A stretch of 63,300 nucleotides of DNA, filler included, from Perkinsus chesapeaki ATCC PRA-425 (lineage: Eukaryota; Protista; Perkinsozoa), in the NCBI GenBank assembly GCA_013115145.1. It is 14 parts of 14 records of this genome, joined end to end, with 100 filler letters (N's around TTAATTAATTAA, not from the genome) between each part and the next. Parts side by side here need not be neighbours in the genome. Positions count along the whole stretch, not along the records: positions 8,710 to 18,970 come from JAAPAO010000897.1; positions 19,071 to 22,038 come from JAAPAO010001487.1; positions 22,139 to 36,766 come from JAAPAO010000745.1; 11 more parts are not named here. One strand, 5' to 3'. Of this stretch, positions 12,812 through 26,800 are shown one piece after another. The position numbers and the translations under genes are program-made. Every line of letters begins with the position of its first letter. Position 1 is the first letter of the stretch. The notes under the pieces are model-generated. The model was not told the DNA's origin. It worked only from the letters and a program-made list of their open reading frames with translations, and made no database searches.

Positions 12812-12833
12812 ACACAGCTGCTGTGTCACAGCA
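12812..12833. repeat. 7-8-7 scar
   Basis: ACACAGC|TGCTGTGT|CACAGCA. Confidence 0.9.
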
Positions 12834-13636
12834 TTATAGGAAGCAGCTTTCATTCGGCGTTGCTGACTGTCGTATTGCCGCAACGTTTCATCTGCCCTGT
12901 CTACCACGACCTAACTTACAAGTGGTTCATCAGGACCCAAGGCCTGCGCCACCTGCCCTTAAGCAACAAGGTCTCATCGTTCACTCTGGGGCAACTTTTT
13001 CGGCATGGCATTCGGCAAAATCTGGCACTATTTCTGACTTGTCGACTTCCGATCAACTTTCGCGCGTGGAGCTCGTGTCGTGGACCGGGCGGTGACGTGA
13101 AACTCAGCTAGTGTAATTCTGAAGTGCCTTTGAATAAGCCATTGAAATGCCATCATCGAACACTCCAAGGCTTGCGAGAAACCTTCTTGCAATGTCGGAA
13201 TATGTGACGTCCTTCATCCCGACACCTTCCTGTACCCTACGGGACGGTCGCTTGCTCTCGTCACGGAGTCTGTCTGCGGAGAAGTCTGCGGTAATCTGGT
13301 GCGGTACCGCGGGACTCCGATATGCTATGTGGAGGACCGAGTCCGCCTAGAAAAGCTCATTCGTTTAACATCGGAAGACGAGATCACTGATAAGGATAGC
13401 ATGATGAGCCACGAAGGATGGCTACCTCCCAAGGAGTCCCTCGTAATCGCGTGACATGCCTGTGAAGCAGTCACAAAGCTTGTGGCCCTCAGCGGCGTTA
13501 AGCAACAAGAGGTGAACTCAGTACCAGAAAGGTCCTTTATTGAAACCTCTACTTCGACGCTCTCGCGCTTCTCATTCATATCGTCTGATGATTATCCTCA
13601 TGTCGCCTCCCATTTAGGCTAACGTTAAGTTCCCAA

Positions 13637-14071
13637 ATGCTTGTCAACGCCCTACCTATTTCGGTAATTGCCTTCCTTGGTTGCCAGGCCTGCTTCCCCC
13701 CTAACGAGTACTATTGCTCTGAAGAAGCAACTTCCGAAGGTGCTCTGTGGGCTTTACGTTTTCCTCGTGGCGGTGAGCCTCATTTAGATAATACGATGAG
13801 CATATTCCACATCGAGGATTGCAAGCAAGTGTTCACATGGGGTATCCCAATCACGAACCGCACCATTCGTGAGCTTGTCTTCGTCCAAGTAGATACCGAT
13901 TCGCCATCCTTCAGAGGTTTCGCTGAAAAATACGGTCTCACTGCTGGGCTATGGTCTCTCCTCATACTCGATAACGAACGTAACAGTGTGACTATCGTCC
14001 CGAACAGTACCAGCGAGACGTATGAATTGTTTCCCAAATTCTGTCAGACGCAGAATCTGCGTCAAATCTGA
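13637..14071 (+). CDS. Small secreted protein, family B, intact copy
   Basis: 144-aa ORF: signal-like N-terminus, FPPNEYYC motif, Cys near the C-terminus. Paralogs at 16635 and 18737. Confidence 0.8.
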   Translation: MLVNALPISVIAFLGCQACFPPNEYYCSEEATSEGALWALRFPRGGEPHLDNTMSIFHIEDCKQVFTWGIPITNRTIRELVFVQVDTDSPSFRGFAEKYGLTAGLWSLLILDNERNSVTIVPNSTSETYELFPKFCQTQNLRQI

Positions 14072-15961
14072 CTTGAGGTGTCCCGCGGCGTAAAGCATTG
14101 TATGGCCCCATAAGCCTCTATGTCATGCTTATATGTTAGAAGATTATTCATGCATACAATGTTGCCTGAACGTAGGCTCGTATCAAACAGGGCCACTTTC
14201 TATTTTCTATCTTTTCACTTTCTATCAGTTTATTCCCTAGTAGGCAAGGTGTTCACGCTAATTGTGAATTATTTGTACGACCTCCTACTCTGTGATCTGG
14301 CAGTTCCACTTCTCTCCAATTGTAGCTTTGGAACACCAGAACTTCACCTGATGTTGCGTGGAGAGAAACGGGTATCTCATATTAATGGTTATTAAGGTTC
14401 GTAACTTATCATATACTGCAAATGATTTGAGTTCGTCAATCCAGCTCTGTTCCTATCAGAGCTCGGCTCCCGCTAACAGGCTCTTGCTGTGTCCACCTTG
14501 AGAGATAAGGTCTCCACGGCGCTCATACTCTGATGACCACCTTATGATTTTCCGATGAAAACCCGCTGCTGGAAGCTGTGGCAGCATCCGAGCCCCTCTG
14601 CACGCAAGCGCATTACTGAGGTAGGGCAAGCAACCAGTATAGCTCGACCAAGAAAAAAAACTCCCAGATCGCCTAAAGTTTGTTCTCCTCCGCCGACATG
14701 AAGATAGAGAGACTGACGGGAGAATTAAACGGTCTCGCTGAGTGAACACTCTTCTTTCAAAGAACATTCTGCTCCCTCCGCATATCGATCTGGAGAACTC
14801 GCGTACCTCCTATAACTGTGTTTGACGCTTCTGATCGCCTCATAGAATATAACTAACGTTCTCTCATGGATAACGAGATCATTTACGAAGTGCTCAGGTT
14901 GTCACTAGGCAAAGGCTCGGATCAGTGGCGCAGGAGCCTACACTGTGGGGCGTTAGTACCCCGGCTGCAAGGAAGCATTCTGCACTCGGGGCATCATGTT
15001 TCGCTGGAAATTACAAGAGTTTCGTATCGGCTCCTGACACTGAGCTTGCAGCTCCCCTAACCATTCTACAGTAGGGGATTCCCAACATAGCATTCAACCC
15101 AGAAGTTTTCACGGTCGTTCGGATCCTTACTGAGAGTTTCTCATGTGACTGTTTCTTAGAAATACTTCGAGCTATTCAATGTCCGTCAACACCCTAGCTA
15201 AATATTGTGAAAGGATATCAATACATAGCATACTTGATCACTGTAGAATCAATAAATGCTCACTGGGTGTTTCTCAGAGAGCACTTGAGCTCTCCCATGC
15301 TTTGACTTTTATGACGGTGCCTTTTCAAGGTCATGTTTTCCAGGGTGATGGTTCTCCCACACTTTTACTACTCCATGCCTCATTGCAACCTGTCTGGTCA
15401 ATGCTGCACACGTGATATGTGACGATAGCAGAGGTATAGTTTTAGATGAGTAGTGTATGTGCGCTTCAGGGTTGTGCATGCAACCTTTGAAACCCTCATT
15501 ATGAGGTGTGCCGCTCACCGTGAGATTATTGTCTCACACACTGGGGATGAAGCGTGGCGATAAGCTCTACAGATTCCTAGAGAGTCAAACCCTATTCTGG
15601 GACGCCCTTCGACTTCGAACCACATCAACATCGCCGAAAAAAGTCACTGTCATGTCGCGCGACTCGCGTAAGCCTCAACGTGCTACTTGAGCCTCGAACA
15701 GAAGCCGTGACTATTTAAGTGAGGGAATACATGAAAACCCGTCCTATCGTCTCAAGTCAACCTCTACGGGAGAAGGTCGCAGTGCAGTATCTCACGCCAG
15801 CCGCTTGCGCTGGTATGAGAGTCCAGCTAGTTTCGAATGCAATACAGTAGAACGTATTTTAGTACTTATAGTTCTCTTATTAATGATAAGGTTGTGCAGT
15901 TCTCATTCCAGTATCAAACTTCACAGTATCACTGTAGCAGTCCAGTGTAAGAGCGTCAAAA

Positions 15962-15983
15962 GTGGAAGTCTTCCACTGGAAGA
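15962..15983. repeat. 7-8-7 scar
   Basis: GTGGAAG|TCTTCCAC|TGGAAGA. Confidence 0.9.
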
Positions 15984-16634
15984 TTAGCTATATTTTATGT
16001 GACCGATCTGTCGCTGGAAATTGGCTATGACAACATTGCAGAAGCTCTATTAGAAGAAAGAATTAAGAATAGAAGCGAGATATAATACGGTACACCTCGA
16101 TTCCACTGACACGTGAAACGTTAGCTCTCCCGCATGCTACCCACATTCTGCTGCACCACGAAGCTGCGACTGAGTTCATTAGGCAGTGGGCGGTAGGAAA
16201 ATACATAGCATCCTCGAGGATTCACTTGTACGACTCATTTAATTGACCCTATCACGTCACCTTCCTGTACCCTATGGGGCGGTCACTCCTTTCTGGTACA
16301 AACAGCTCCTATAGGTAAGCCTGCGATTATCTAGTACGATACCGTTACACTTGATGCTAGCTGCGGAAATTAACTTTGCTCAGTCCACCCGCTTACTCGC
16401 TGAATATCGGAAGACAAGTTCGTTAGTGAGGATAGGAAGTTCTCCTGCGAACTGTTATTTCCTCGTAATCGCGTGACATGACTGTGAAACAGTCACGAAT
16501 CTCGGGGCCCTCAGCATCGCTATGCCGCAAGGAGGTAAACAGGTTACAAACAGAGCACTTGGTTTGAGCCACCACTTCCGAACTTTTGACGATCCGCATG
16601 TAGTCCTTCATTCAGATTAACGTTGAGTTACCAA

Positions 16635-17034
16635 ATGCTCGTCAAGTATTTTATCCTCTTGGTCATCGCCCTCATTGGCTACCAGGCGGCCTTCCCGCCT
16701 AACGAGCTCTACTGTTCTGAAGAAGCAACTCCTGCGGGAGCAGTGTGAGCGTTGAAGTTTCCTCGTGACTCCGAGCCGCCGCTGAAGGATACGATGAGCA
16801 TATTCCACGCCGAGGGTTATTCCAATCCAGGAGTACACCTTCGGTGAAAAGACGTACGTCCAGGTTAATACTTCTTCAAAGCACTTCACGGAGTTCGCTG
16901 AACAATATGGTCTTGCTCCTGAGCTTTGGGGACTCCTCCCGTTCGACCCCAAGAGCAACAGTATGACGATCCAGCCGAACACTTTCAGTAATAAGTATGA
17001 ACTGCTGCCAGGGAACTGTTATGAACGGATATGA
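16635..17034 (+). pseudogene. Family B secreted-protein pseudogene
   Basis: MLVKYFILLVIALIGYQAAFPPNELYCSEEATPAGAV then TGA where paralogs have Trp. A later deletion/frameshift follows; the C-terminal part still aligns to 13637-14071. Confidence 0.8.
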
Positions 17035-18736
17035 GGAGCCTCTCGATGTGGTTAATCATTCTATGAGTACAAAGTCTTAGTATTATTTCAGTATATTACG
17101 GCCCCGAGAATGTCTAGTATGTGCGCTGGTCGAAGGTCCGTATGATAAAGGGCCCTTTTTAATATGTCAATCAACAGTGCAAACCGTAGTGGGCAAGGTC
17201 GCTTAGCCTAAGTGGTCATCGAGTTACCGTTAGCCCAACGACTATTTACCAGTACGGTTTTCCACTCTATGATAGAATGTCTGTCTCTGTGATCCGATGA
17301 TCCTGATTATGTCCTTTGTAGTTTAGGTTTATCTTGCTCCTACTTGATATACGGAGCAGAAAAGACGGATCTCACGTATGCTTTGAAGGTGTCCAAGTCC
17401 AATAATAATGATATTGCTCTGTTCGTCAATCGGCATACTCAGTCCGAGTACAGACACGCTGACCACGACATTACACGACGAAGATTGTTGCACAGAACAT
17501 CATCAACATGATGGCATAAGCACAATTCGTCGTTCGTTCCCTGCTCATTCACACTGTCAACTCCTAGGTCAATTCATCTCTCTTGGTAACTAAGTGGCAT
17601 GTTAACTGGACTGGGCGTCCTCTTGATTCATCCAATGACTGCTGATCAGCGAATGACCTATTTTCCGCAGAGCCTGAATCACACTGTGTGATTTCCCATG
17701 CAGAACACTACGAGATATACTGTATGCCGTAATTCAACGCCTACCGTAGTGCCTTAGCTCTGTGTGCGAGCCGATAGACTTCGCTGCGTAGTCTACGCAA
17801 GATGTCGAATAAGTTGGCTTCTCAAAAACTTTCAGGGTGTAAAGAAGTAACCAGCATAGGCGAAGTCACGACAGGACTAATTACACTATTTACCTGCGCA
17901 CTAGTTTGGGTTTAGCTGTGCTATGACCTAAGTGTAACTTAACCTATGTAGAGAGCTGAGAATGGTTATCTTTGCACTATCCTTTGTAGTGCCCCAGCGA
18001 TGGCCTTTTACGAATTTGTTATGAGATATATTAATTTGTTCTTACCTTGTACTAATTAGATCTTGAAATGGCGTACATATCGGGTACTAAAGGATGGACC
18101 ATCCTGGATGGCTAACTGTGCGTTCCTCTCGTAATCGGGTGACATGACCTCAACTTGCGCCCGCAGTGTCGTTGAGCAGTGACCGGTGAGCAGTTAACCA
18201 GCGTTCTTCGAGTCCTGGTTGAAGAATCGGGGATTAGATTGTGCTAGTGAACAGTTTGCGCCATCAATGCCTCTTAAAGTCGTCGAAAGGCTCCCTCCAC
18301 ACCAATGTTGTTTGTAGCTTCTAATACGCCCATTGGCTTCCATTACTTCGTTGTTTATGTGTGGCGGTCATAACATCAGAGCAACTCATATTCTGATTAA
18401 GTTAGACATCGATTTTGTTCTCGAAAATCTCTTTTAGATTGGGCTGTGCTGTCACGGTATTGTCGCGACAATATGTAGTATGTGTATGTGTGGAAGTTAG
18501 TCTCCACGCAGGCGATAGGCGCCATGATCGATAATGGCTTTAGACCAACTGAGTTATTGATGGAAGTTTGACTCTACTTAGATTCTAGTGGCCACTCGCC
18601 ACTGGCGAGTTGATTGGAGCGAAAATGCCCTTCCTTAAGACCTCTGTGTAATTTCAACACCCCCAGCATTATCGTTCAGGTCTTCGTGTGGTGACTAGGT
18701 TTTGGCGATTCATTCAAGACTTACTTGAGTTATCAA

Positions 18737-18970
18737 ATGCTCGTCAACGCCGTTGTTCTCTCGGTCATCGCCTTCGCTGGTTGCCAGTCCTACTTCCCGC
18801 CTAACCAGTACTATTGCTCTTATGAAGCAACTCCCGAAGGAGCTCTGTGGGCCTTACGCTTTCCCCGTCCTCACTTGGATGGTACTATGAGCATATACCA
18901 CATTAAGGATTCTAAGCAAGTGTCCACGTGGGGTATCCCAATCACGAACCGCACCATTCGTGAGCTGGTC
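18737..18970 (+). CDS. Family B secreted protein, 3' truncated by contig end
   Basis: MLVNAVVLSVIAFAGCQSYFPPNQYYC...TWGIPITNRTIRELV, close to 13637-14071. Confidence 0.8.
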
Positions 18971-19070
18971 NNNNNNNNNNNNNNNNNNNNNNNNNNNNNN
19001 NNNNNNNNNNNNNNTTAATTAATTAANNNNNNNNNNNNNNNNNNNNNNNNNNNNNNNNNNNNNNNNNNNN

Positions 19071-19297
19071 TCAGCAGTTACTTTGGCAGTCGGTGAGCAT
19101 CCGAGAGGGTAGGTAAATGGTACAGGGCTGAACAGGGGGCCGTCAAGGCTCTTCGGTATCTCTACTACGTCGAAAGTGGTCCGTTCGGAAATATCACCGA
19201 AAAGCTTCGCTTCCAGATAACGGGATGATTTGCCGGCTGCAAAAGTCAACAGAGACATAAGGAGTAGAGGTTGATGAATATCTAGCCCTTTCACCAT
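19071..19297 (-). CDS. Secreted protein, family C, partial
   Basis: Signal-like N-terminus. PFTYPLGCSP matches PFTYPVGWSP of 44996-45316. Confidence 0.55.
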
Positions 19298-20645
19298 GTG
19301 AACTTGTTAACCGAAGTTAAAAGGTTCTGCGGAAGCTCCTTACTGTCGCAAGCAACCCTCACGCGAACACAACTCACGGACTCTCGGAACGAGTCTGATT
19401 AAGAAATGCCCTCGAGGAGTCGAGTTTATCCCGACTATTCTCTAAGAAGAATAATATTTTGAGAGATACAATGAGTGCGCTGCATCTTAGGCAGTCTACG
19501 CATGCACACACCGCGCACGCGCTCATGACTGAGCGATACGTAATCCCTCACGCGACAGCGCTCTTGGCAAAAGAGGTCTACGAACACAGCGTAGCCTACT
19601 CGAAACGCTGGCAGCTGTTCTCTGGTGCAAAACAAGGTGCGAAGGTGTAACAACCGAGGTGTTGTACCGAACTGTGCAATGGATGGCGCCGGAAAACCAG
19701 AGCCGAGAGAAGTACAGCTACCTGAACAGCAGTTGGACTTCCGCGTCACAACGGCACTTGCGGGCCCTCACAGAGTCCCTCTGTACTGCAGAGTAGAAAG
19801 CAGAATAAATCAAGCAATTCTGTACCTTACGCTCCGTTTGGGGCACCGCCGGTGAAGCGGGAATCCAAACCCGCTGACGCTGCTACATGAGACAGCGGGT
19901 GCTACAGTAAAAACACGTCGATCTCAGAACCTAAGACTCCACAAAACAGGGAAAAACGCCGAAAGTGACGATACCGAGGGAACAAATTCCCGAGTAGCAG
20001 ATTCGAGCAAGAATGTCGGCTCCCTGTCTTCGTTAGCCGTACAGGCTCACGAATTGTGTTTTCTTTGCCGATTGTTCCGATCAGCCTCAATTGCCCTGCC
20101 TCAGAGCCTCTGTCTCTGAGCGAAGCATAGCATCTCAATCGATGTGCGCTCCAGAAGGAGGTTGACATTGCCGACGTTATAGCGCCTCATGGACTTTAAC
20201 TCTGGAAGTTAGTTCCGTAGTAAGGAGCAGGAACGATAACAGGAGACGGTATATTGTCACTAACAAGATGAAATCACAAGCTTGAATGATATCATCAGAT
20301 CCGAACTCTTTCTGAGGTCGTAAGAGAACTTTCTGTTTATGCTCAAATTTGCCCCTTGAAACACCAGTAACAAGTCCTTCACTCCAAGGTGCATCCGTAT
20401 TGGTAACAATATGCCTAAATGCCTGTGAGCACAGTTATCGTGAAGCACAGCGGCATTCGATCTTTGAATTGAGGTGGAGACTAGCCCGATGGCGACCATG
20501 AAAAATATGTTCGGTAGCCTCCAGCAATTCGCGGGCCCCACAGGATTCGTTGCCAAGGAACCCTTGCGATTCTACAGGAAGATGGAGCTAAGTGTTCGAG
20601 GGTACTTGAGCCAGAAACGGTTATTGCCGGGAATAGGGTAAGCTT

Positions 20646-20872
20646 TAGGCAATCGCAACTACACTCGTGGTTTTACTGTAAGTGATGCAGTGGGGGTTAG
20701 CGCTTTCTTGGTCCCTAGAGGATCTATGGCTCCACGAGAAGGTATCAACAGCGAACCTGGCGTGAGGATCCACGATCTCAATCCTGCTGAGGACCGTCGC
20801 ATGATTCTAGCATCCGATGGAGTGTTTGATGGGCAGACTGATGAGCAGGTAACCGCAATGTTGTTCCCTTAA
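20646..20872 (+). pseudogene. PP2C-type phosphatase C-terminal fragment, probably degenerate
   Basis: GINSEPGVRIHDLNPAEDRRMILASDGVFD resembles the PP2C C-terminal metal-binding motif. The N-terminal motifs were not found. Confidence 0.45.
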
Positions 20873-21023
20873 CTTTTTTTTCGCCTGGTGGCCGGTCTCA
20901 GTGCTTCTGTTGTGGTGTCACTGATAATCAGACCAGTTCGACGAGCTTGTAAGAAGCTGCCTGGCCATCAGACTCTGACGACATGGTTTCGGATTTGGAA
21001 TGAGAGCACTGACGGATCCTCCA

Positions 21024-21045
21024 TTCGTATGATACGAATCGTATC
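21024..21045. repeat. 7-8-7 scar
   Basis: TTCGTAT|GATACGAA|TCGTATC. Confidence 0.9.
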
Positions 21046-22139
21046 ATCGATACAACATGTGCAACGTAAGTCAATGCTACTTGTTGAGGCTACCAATTAC
21101 TGCTTGACGCAATGGACATGACGGTCGCGATCGTCGCTACACTTCCTCAAGTGACTATATGCTGGACAGGTGCCAACCCGTTGAACCAGCCATAGTATTC
21201 TCTTATACTAGAACGCATCTCCAGTTTTTAGGGTATATGAGGGCGCATACGAGCACGGCTAGGAACTCGGCTACGTTCATGAACTGCCAACTCTCAAAAG
21301 CGGGATCTTTGAGGAAGGAATCCTTTCGATTCCGCTTCCTCTGGGTGTCGAGCTCAGATACGGCTGACCAAGGCTTCATGCTTCTACGAGGCAGTGCTTT
21401 AACAACGCGCTGTCTAGTAATCAATGTCAGCGCGTGGCGTGTTGAACGATAATCCTACCAAGGGCACTCTGCTCAGAGCATGTGAGACTTGGCCTCATCC
21501 ATCATATAAGAACCTTGGCGTCGGCAATGCGGCTCCGCTTGCTACTGGCCGTAGATGAGTTTATACCTCATGTTCACAGACGTATCATTATTAGCGCTCG
21601 GGTGTGTGAACGGAAGTAAACAGACGAAGATCACTTGATGCATCGCAGTGGAGAATCGTTATGGGCGAGGCTGAAATATGATGAATTATTCGATTATTAA
21701 ACTAGAACACCAAATTGAAGCTAGAATTGACTGAATGACAAATATCAAGACCACCAAAGTGTAACCATATGATTATAAATTAACTATACCTTCAAATGAA
21801 TCACCGAGTCAACAATGAAGAATTCGTTGTGAAGCGCCGGCCAGGGATAAAGCGAGCTATTAGTTGTGAGGCCGACGAAGAGGCGCCAATCGAACAGGGA
21901 GTTCTCCGTTGTATTGAGCGTGAGAACTAATGTCGCATTTACCCAGTACTTTCGAGCACTGCCGGAACTGTTATGTACAGATGCATTCATGCCCATATCA
22001 AAGTTTCGGCCTGCATGAGCTAGACCGGGCAGCGAATANNNNNNNNNNNNNNNNNNNNNNNNNNNNNNNNNNNNNNNNNNNNTTAATTAATTAANNNNNN
22101 NNNNNNNNNNNNNNNNNNNNNNNNNNNNNNNNNNNNNNC

Positions 22140-22449
22140 ATGCATTAGATATCTCTTCAAGTATCGCTCGCCCAAAGATATTGCACAATTTATGCGCAGT
22201 GCGACGCATCATAGCACCACCAGTTGTTTCCAGTTCGCCCCATAAAGATATCTGGAAAATCCCGCCTTTGCCAGGTTTACCCAGACCACCGCAATCGTAT
22301 TCCATAGTCATTTTGTCATTCCCATTGTAATTCGCAGTGAGGACCACATCGTGATTTTTACCAGCGACACCAGTGTATATTTTAGCCTCAGCTTGCGAGA
22401 GTGCCACAAGGACCGCAGCAATACGTAACGGATCAGAAACAATACTCAT
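22140..22449 (-). CDS. Putative secreted protein, 3' truncated by contig end
   Basis: Signal-like LRIAAVLVALSQAEA followed by an open frame to the gap. Confidence 0.5.
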
Positions 22450-23037
22450 TTCAAAAACGTCTATACTTTTCTACTCAACTGCAAAACAATCAGGTGCCAG
22501 TCAGTGTAGCTAGATAGCTCCAACTCTTAAGCGAACCCCTCACCCTTAACGAACAGAACAAGTATGATTTGGTAACAACTTTATGTACAACAAGGGCACA
22601 GAGTACAATACAGGATCAGTCCTAACATGCTGCTCGTGGACCATCACAATTTTACCGCGCCATCGTGCCACCCATAATCTCCGAAGACCAAATCGTATTT
22701 TTCACCACTGACTTCGTGTAGGCACCAGCGAGGTCGTACACCTTGGAGCTCTCGTACATGTATCTCTTCGTCGTGTCTTGGACTTTAAAATCAGTCATAT
22801 CGCTCGGGCCGGTGCCTCCTTGCTCACACTGAGCGCAATCGGTCCTTACGAATGCATCAGTCTGGAAGGTGAAAGACTCTGTACGGCAGCACATGCCGCC
22901 TTTGGTGAAGGACAATCTATAAAAATAAAGATACCAAGGAGCTCGGTTAACTTAATGGAGGAACAGCTACAATCTAAGGAAAGTAATGACCATTCATCCT
23001 AGCTTTTCACGAGATTAACGAGTCCGAGCTCGGTAAG

Positions 23038-23059
23038 CCTACGACTCGTAGGCTACGAG
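23038..23059. repeat. 7-8-7 scar
   Basis: CCTACGA|CTCGTAGG|CTACGAG. Confidence 0.9.
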
Positions 23060-23833
23060 GAGTGATGACAATTATTTTCGACAAAGAGTGGTACAGTATA
23101 CTTCACTGAGCTAGTGTACCCTACAGCCCTGCCACTAGTGTACCCGGTACGCTATACATAATGTTTCTGCGATATTGATATCCATCCTAGTGCGCTAGGG
23201 GGGTGCTAGATGCGAAGTCTACCCGGGTCGTTGACTGTATGAGTCACTTGGTCCTCTTACTTATAATCCTGATTAACTTTTCCTCTGAAATCACCTCGCC
23301 ATTCTTCTTGGTTAAATTTGTCACAATTCACTCCCGAGCACGCTACAACTTGCATTGCATAGTGTGCTCCAACACGATCAGCGCTTCGTCTCTGTAGGGT
23401 TCTGAGGTGGAGAATTGAGGATCGGTATAGTCGAGCATTGTGCCACAGTTTCTACTTTAAACTGGCGTCATGTGCCCTTTTCACTTTCTCCATCCGTCGG
23501 AAATACTTGGCGTATATCCCTTCTGGCGTATTAGCCCCGTTCGATATCCTGGACAGCAAATTTGCGTCATTCGGTATAGTTCAGTCGGGTTAATTCGTCG
23601 CCGCTCATGCGAGCGGCAAAGGTTCGAACCGAGGCGCGTGCATTTATCTTACCCGAGCAATAACACTGTCAATCCGACTAGAAGCTCCATGTAAAGGTGT
23701 GAGAAAGTGTAAGAGTCCTACAGTATATCCCGGTGCGTACGCATGCCCACTCCCTATGACAAGGCAACAGTTGTAGTATAACAGAAATTAACAGAATCGT
23801 TTCACAAGAGCAGTAAAGTGACATTGGCAATTC

Positions 23834-26800
23834 TTAACAGTTGTCTTCTTTTTTCTCAACTTCTTCTTCAGCGTCCATCGCCTCACTAACCGCCTTCTCG
23901 GCCTCAGCTGCTCCCTTGGACGCATCTTTCAATCCCCGCTCAGCGGCATTCTCTGCGTCCTTAGATTCTCCTTCAGCCTCCTCGGCACTTTTCTCCGCCT
24001 CATCTGCAGCCTCCCGGGCGACCTCCACTCCCTCCTCGCTAGGTGAGCTCGGCATCGGCTGCTCGCTTGAACCCTCAACTGCCTCCATAGAGTCGTCCAC
24101 CTCCACGAATGATTCTTTGGGATCGGCTATGACCTGCAACTCGGTGCTCGAGAATCCATAAGGCGGACACAGGAACACATCCTTCCATGCCTTCCCTCGC
24201 AGCTGCCTTCGCAGTTCTCACCTCAACTAAAACCTTTCCTTTCGTTCGTCCACTCTCAACTTTCGCTAAAGCGTCTTTGGCTTGAGACAAAGGGTACCTG
24301 GGGCGGCGGAAGTTGCATAAAAGCTCGAAACCATTTATGGGCGAGCGACATTATACCGCCGGAAATCGAGCCAACCAAGGTGATGCGAGAACTCACACTC
24401 CATCAATATGCGGGACAATGCTCTTCGACTCCAGCATCGTTGCAAGCCTCCGACAAGCATCACCGTCTCCGGTTCCTATCACAGTCCAGTACCTTCGAAG
24501 AGAGTTGGTCAAATCGATTACACTGGCGAGCGCTAAATGTCTTACTTTCCTTTGGCTTTCTTCCGCATCGAGCGGACACCAGTTGCTGCGTCCCATATCC
24601 AGGAGAAGTTCTCCAAGAAGGATTTAATGTACGAGTGTTTAGGCTGAAGGAGGACCGCGTAAAACACAGCGTGCTGCTTTTCTTCGACCTTACTTCTGTA
24701 TGGGACTCTTTCAACCACTCCAACGCCGCTTCGGCGCTCGGTCCATCAACAATGGAAACCATTCCGCCGGCATCCTCCGGACTTTCCCCGTCTGTGCTGT
24801 CTGGAAAAGAGCATAATAAAGATCAACTGCACCACCAGTGGCTATTGTCACCTCCTAAAAGGAGAACTGCCTGTTTGTAGTCCCCTTGAGTATCAAAAAC
24901 GACATCATAGGCGTGTCGCCAAGTGCCGGAGTCGAACTGCTCTGCCCACCTCCGATTGTTGCACTTGTAATCGAATACCTGTGCCAGAGATCAGCTCATT
25001 TACCAATGATCCTTCCCAGTTCGGCAAATAATTATGCACTGTCAATTCATTTATATACAAATGTATACTTTGGCAATCCAGTAGTGGAATCATTCATGTC
25101 ATTCGGGACTAAACAATACTATTGGTCTTTGCCCACGGTGTAAGCCTCGAATGACTAATCGTACTATTTTCCCTCTCATTTCGCCAAGTAGAAAGTAACA
25201 CATCATCCACAGAATAAAAACAGCTGGACTGTTAAGGCAGTCTATCGCGGCCCGACTGAAAGCCAACGTCTGATATTTCTCCGTCAAACTCGAGCCAAGT
25301 CATTAAAAGACGGAAGGACCTAATCCCATTTTCGAACGACTTTCCTTCCGTATTTGTTTCGGCTGTACAAAGCTCGATTGAACTGGCGGCATTTAAACCA
25401 AGATTCGCCCTAATGACAAAAGATTTTCCAAAGACTCCTTGCTCCTCGACTTCATCTGTTTCACAGGGACAACATAAGCCCTCTCAGTTCATCAGTAAAA
25501 CATTTATTTGAAGAAATCCCTAACAGCAACTGTATATGTTACAGCACTGCTGTAACAGTAGCATCACGAACTAGAACTTCCAGATGGCATTAGCGAATGC
25601 CTGCCAATCCTTCCTACCTCATCTGCGCCAAAACTTTCGACTAGTCCGCGGTTTTGTTCGCTACTCGTGGTTGCCACCCATTTGATTCCAAACTCGGCCT
25701 TACACAGTTGTATCGCAATCGATCCAACGCCCCCAGAACCACCTGTCACCAAAACCTGCTCAAAATAAAAAAACAAAAAATGCTTCGCTCCGCCTTTTAC
25801 CTGATGCATTTCATTTATATTGCATTTGTTCAGCGCTTTTTCCGCAGTTATTCCCACAAGTGGGACGGCAGCTGCCAAGTGATGAGGAATCTCCGATGGC
25901 TTCAAGGCACAAACATAATCGTCAACCAGTACCTACCAAATCTTGCAATCTTGCTCAGCCTCACATTTTCTCAACGCCCCTTCCCGATCGCTACATATTC
26001 TGCAGTCGTTCCAGTCCTCACACCAGAGACCATTCCAAATACCTGTACGGCAGCCGAATGAAATCGATCACCAGAGCGCGCGCTAACCGCATTACCGCCT
26101 CCCCAATTTTGAAGTCTTTCACTTCACTTCCGACTTGGACGACATCACCGGAAAAATCGAAACCAAAAACCTGACAAAAATTTCATGACGTTTTTCGGCC
26201 ACGACCGGTACTTTAGGAAAATTATATTTCAAGAGATGCTTCGCTTCGCCATTTCGTTGCTGGTAATCTGCGGGGTTTAGTGAGGCGTAATGGACTTGAA
26301 CCTGAGGGATGATACCAAACTTCACGCCAATCTTCGATTACCAGAAGTTGATGCGGACCTGGGGGGCCCGGTAGTGGAAGCTTTCCGACCTGAGCAGAAA
26401 AGTTATTCTCAGCCAGCGATGTTGAAATAATTTTACAACGTGCTGTGAAATATTATACTTCACAACACTTCTGTGTATCAGGGACCATAATCAGTTTACT
26501 TTCTAGATCAAAAGGATTATACTAGGTCTCACATAATAAGACTCGATTGAGGTGTAAAAAATATCTGCGCTGCTTTGCCCACTCGGCAAAGACAAACGTG
26601 TTGATTGGCAGAGGCCACCGTGCAAAGGATGGCCGCAGGAGCGTCTGTCGTAAGCCAGCAGACGTCCCTAGTCGGACGATACAGAATGTAGTTCTAGAAG
26701 AAATAAGTATCCGGTCAAAGTACGTGGGCCATCGTATGGGAACTTTTAATGTTCCTACAGTGTCCAGATTCAGCAGCACTCAAAGCGGTAAGTGATGCGA

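Noticed and set aside
22652-22915. 87-aa minus-strand ORF after a plausible splice acceptor
   Set aside because: May be a real exon but no family or partner exons identified.
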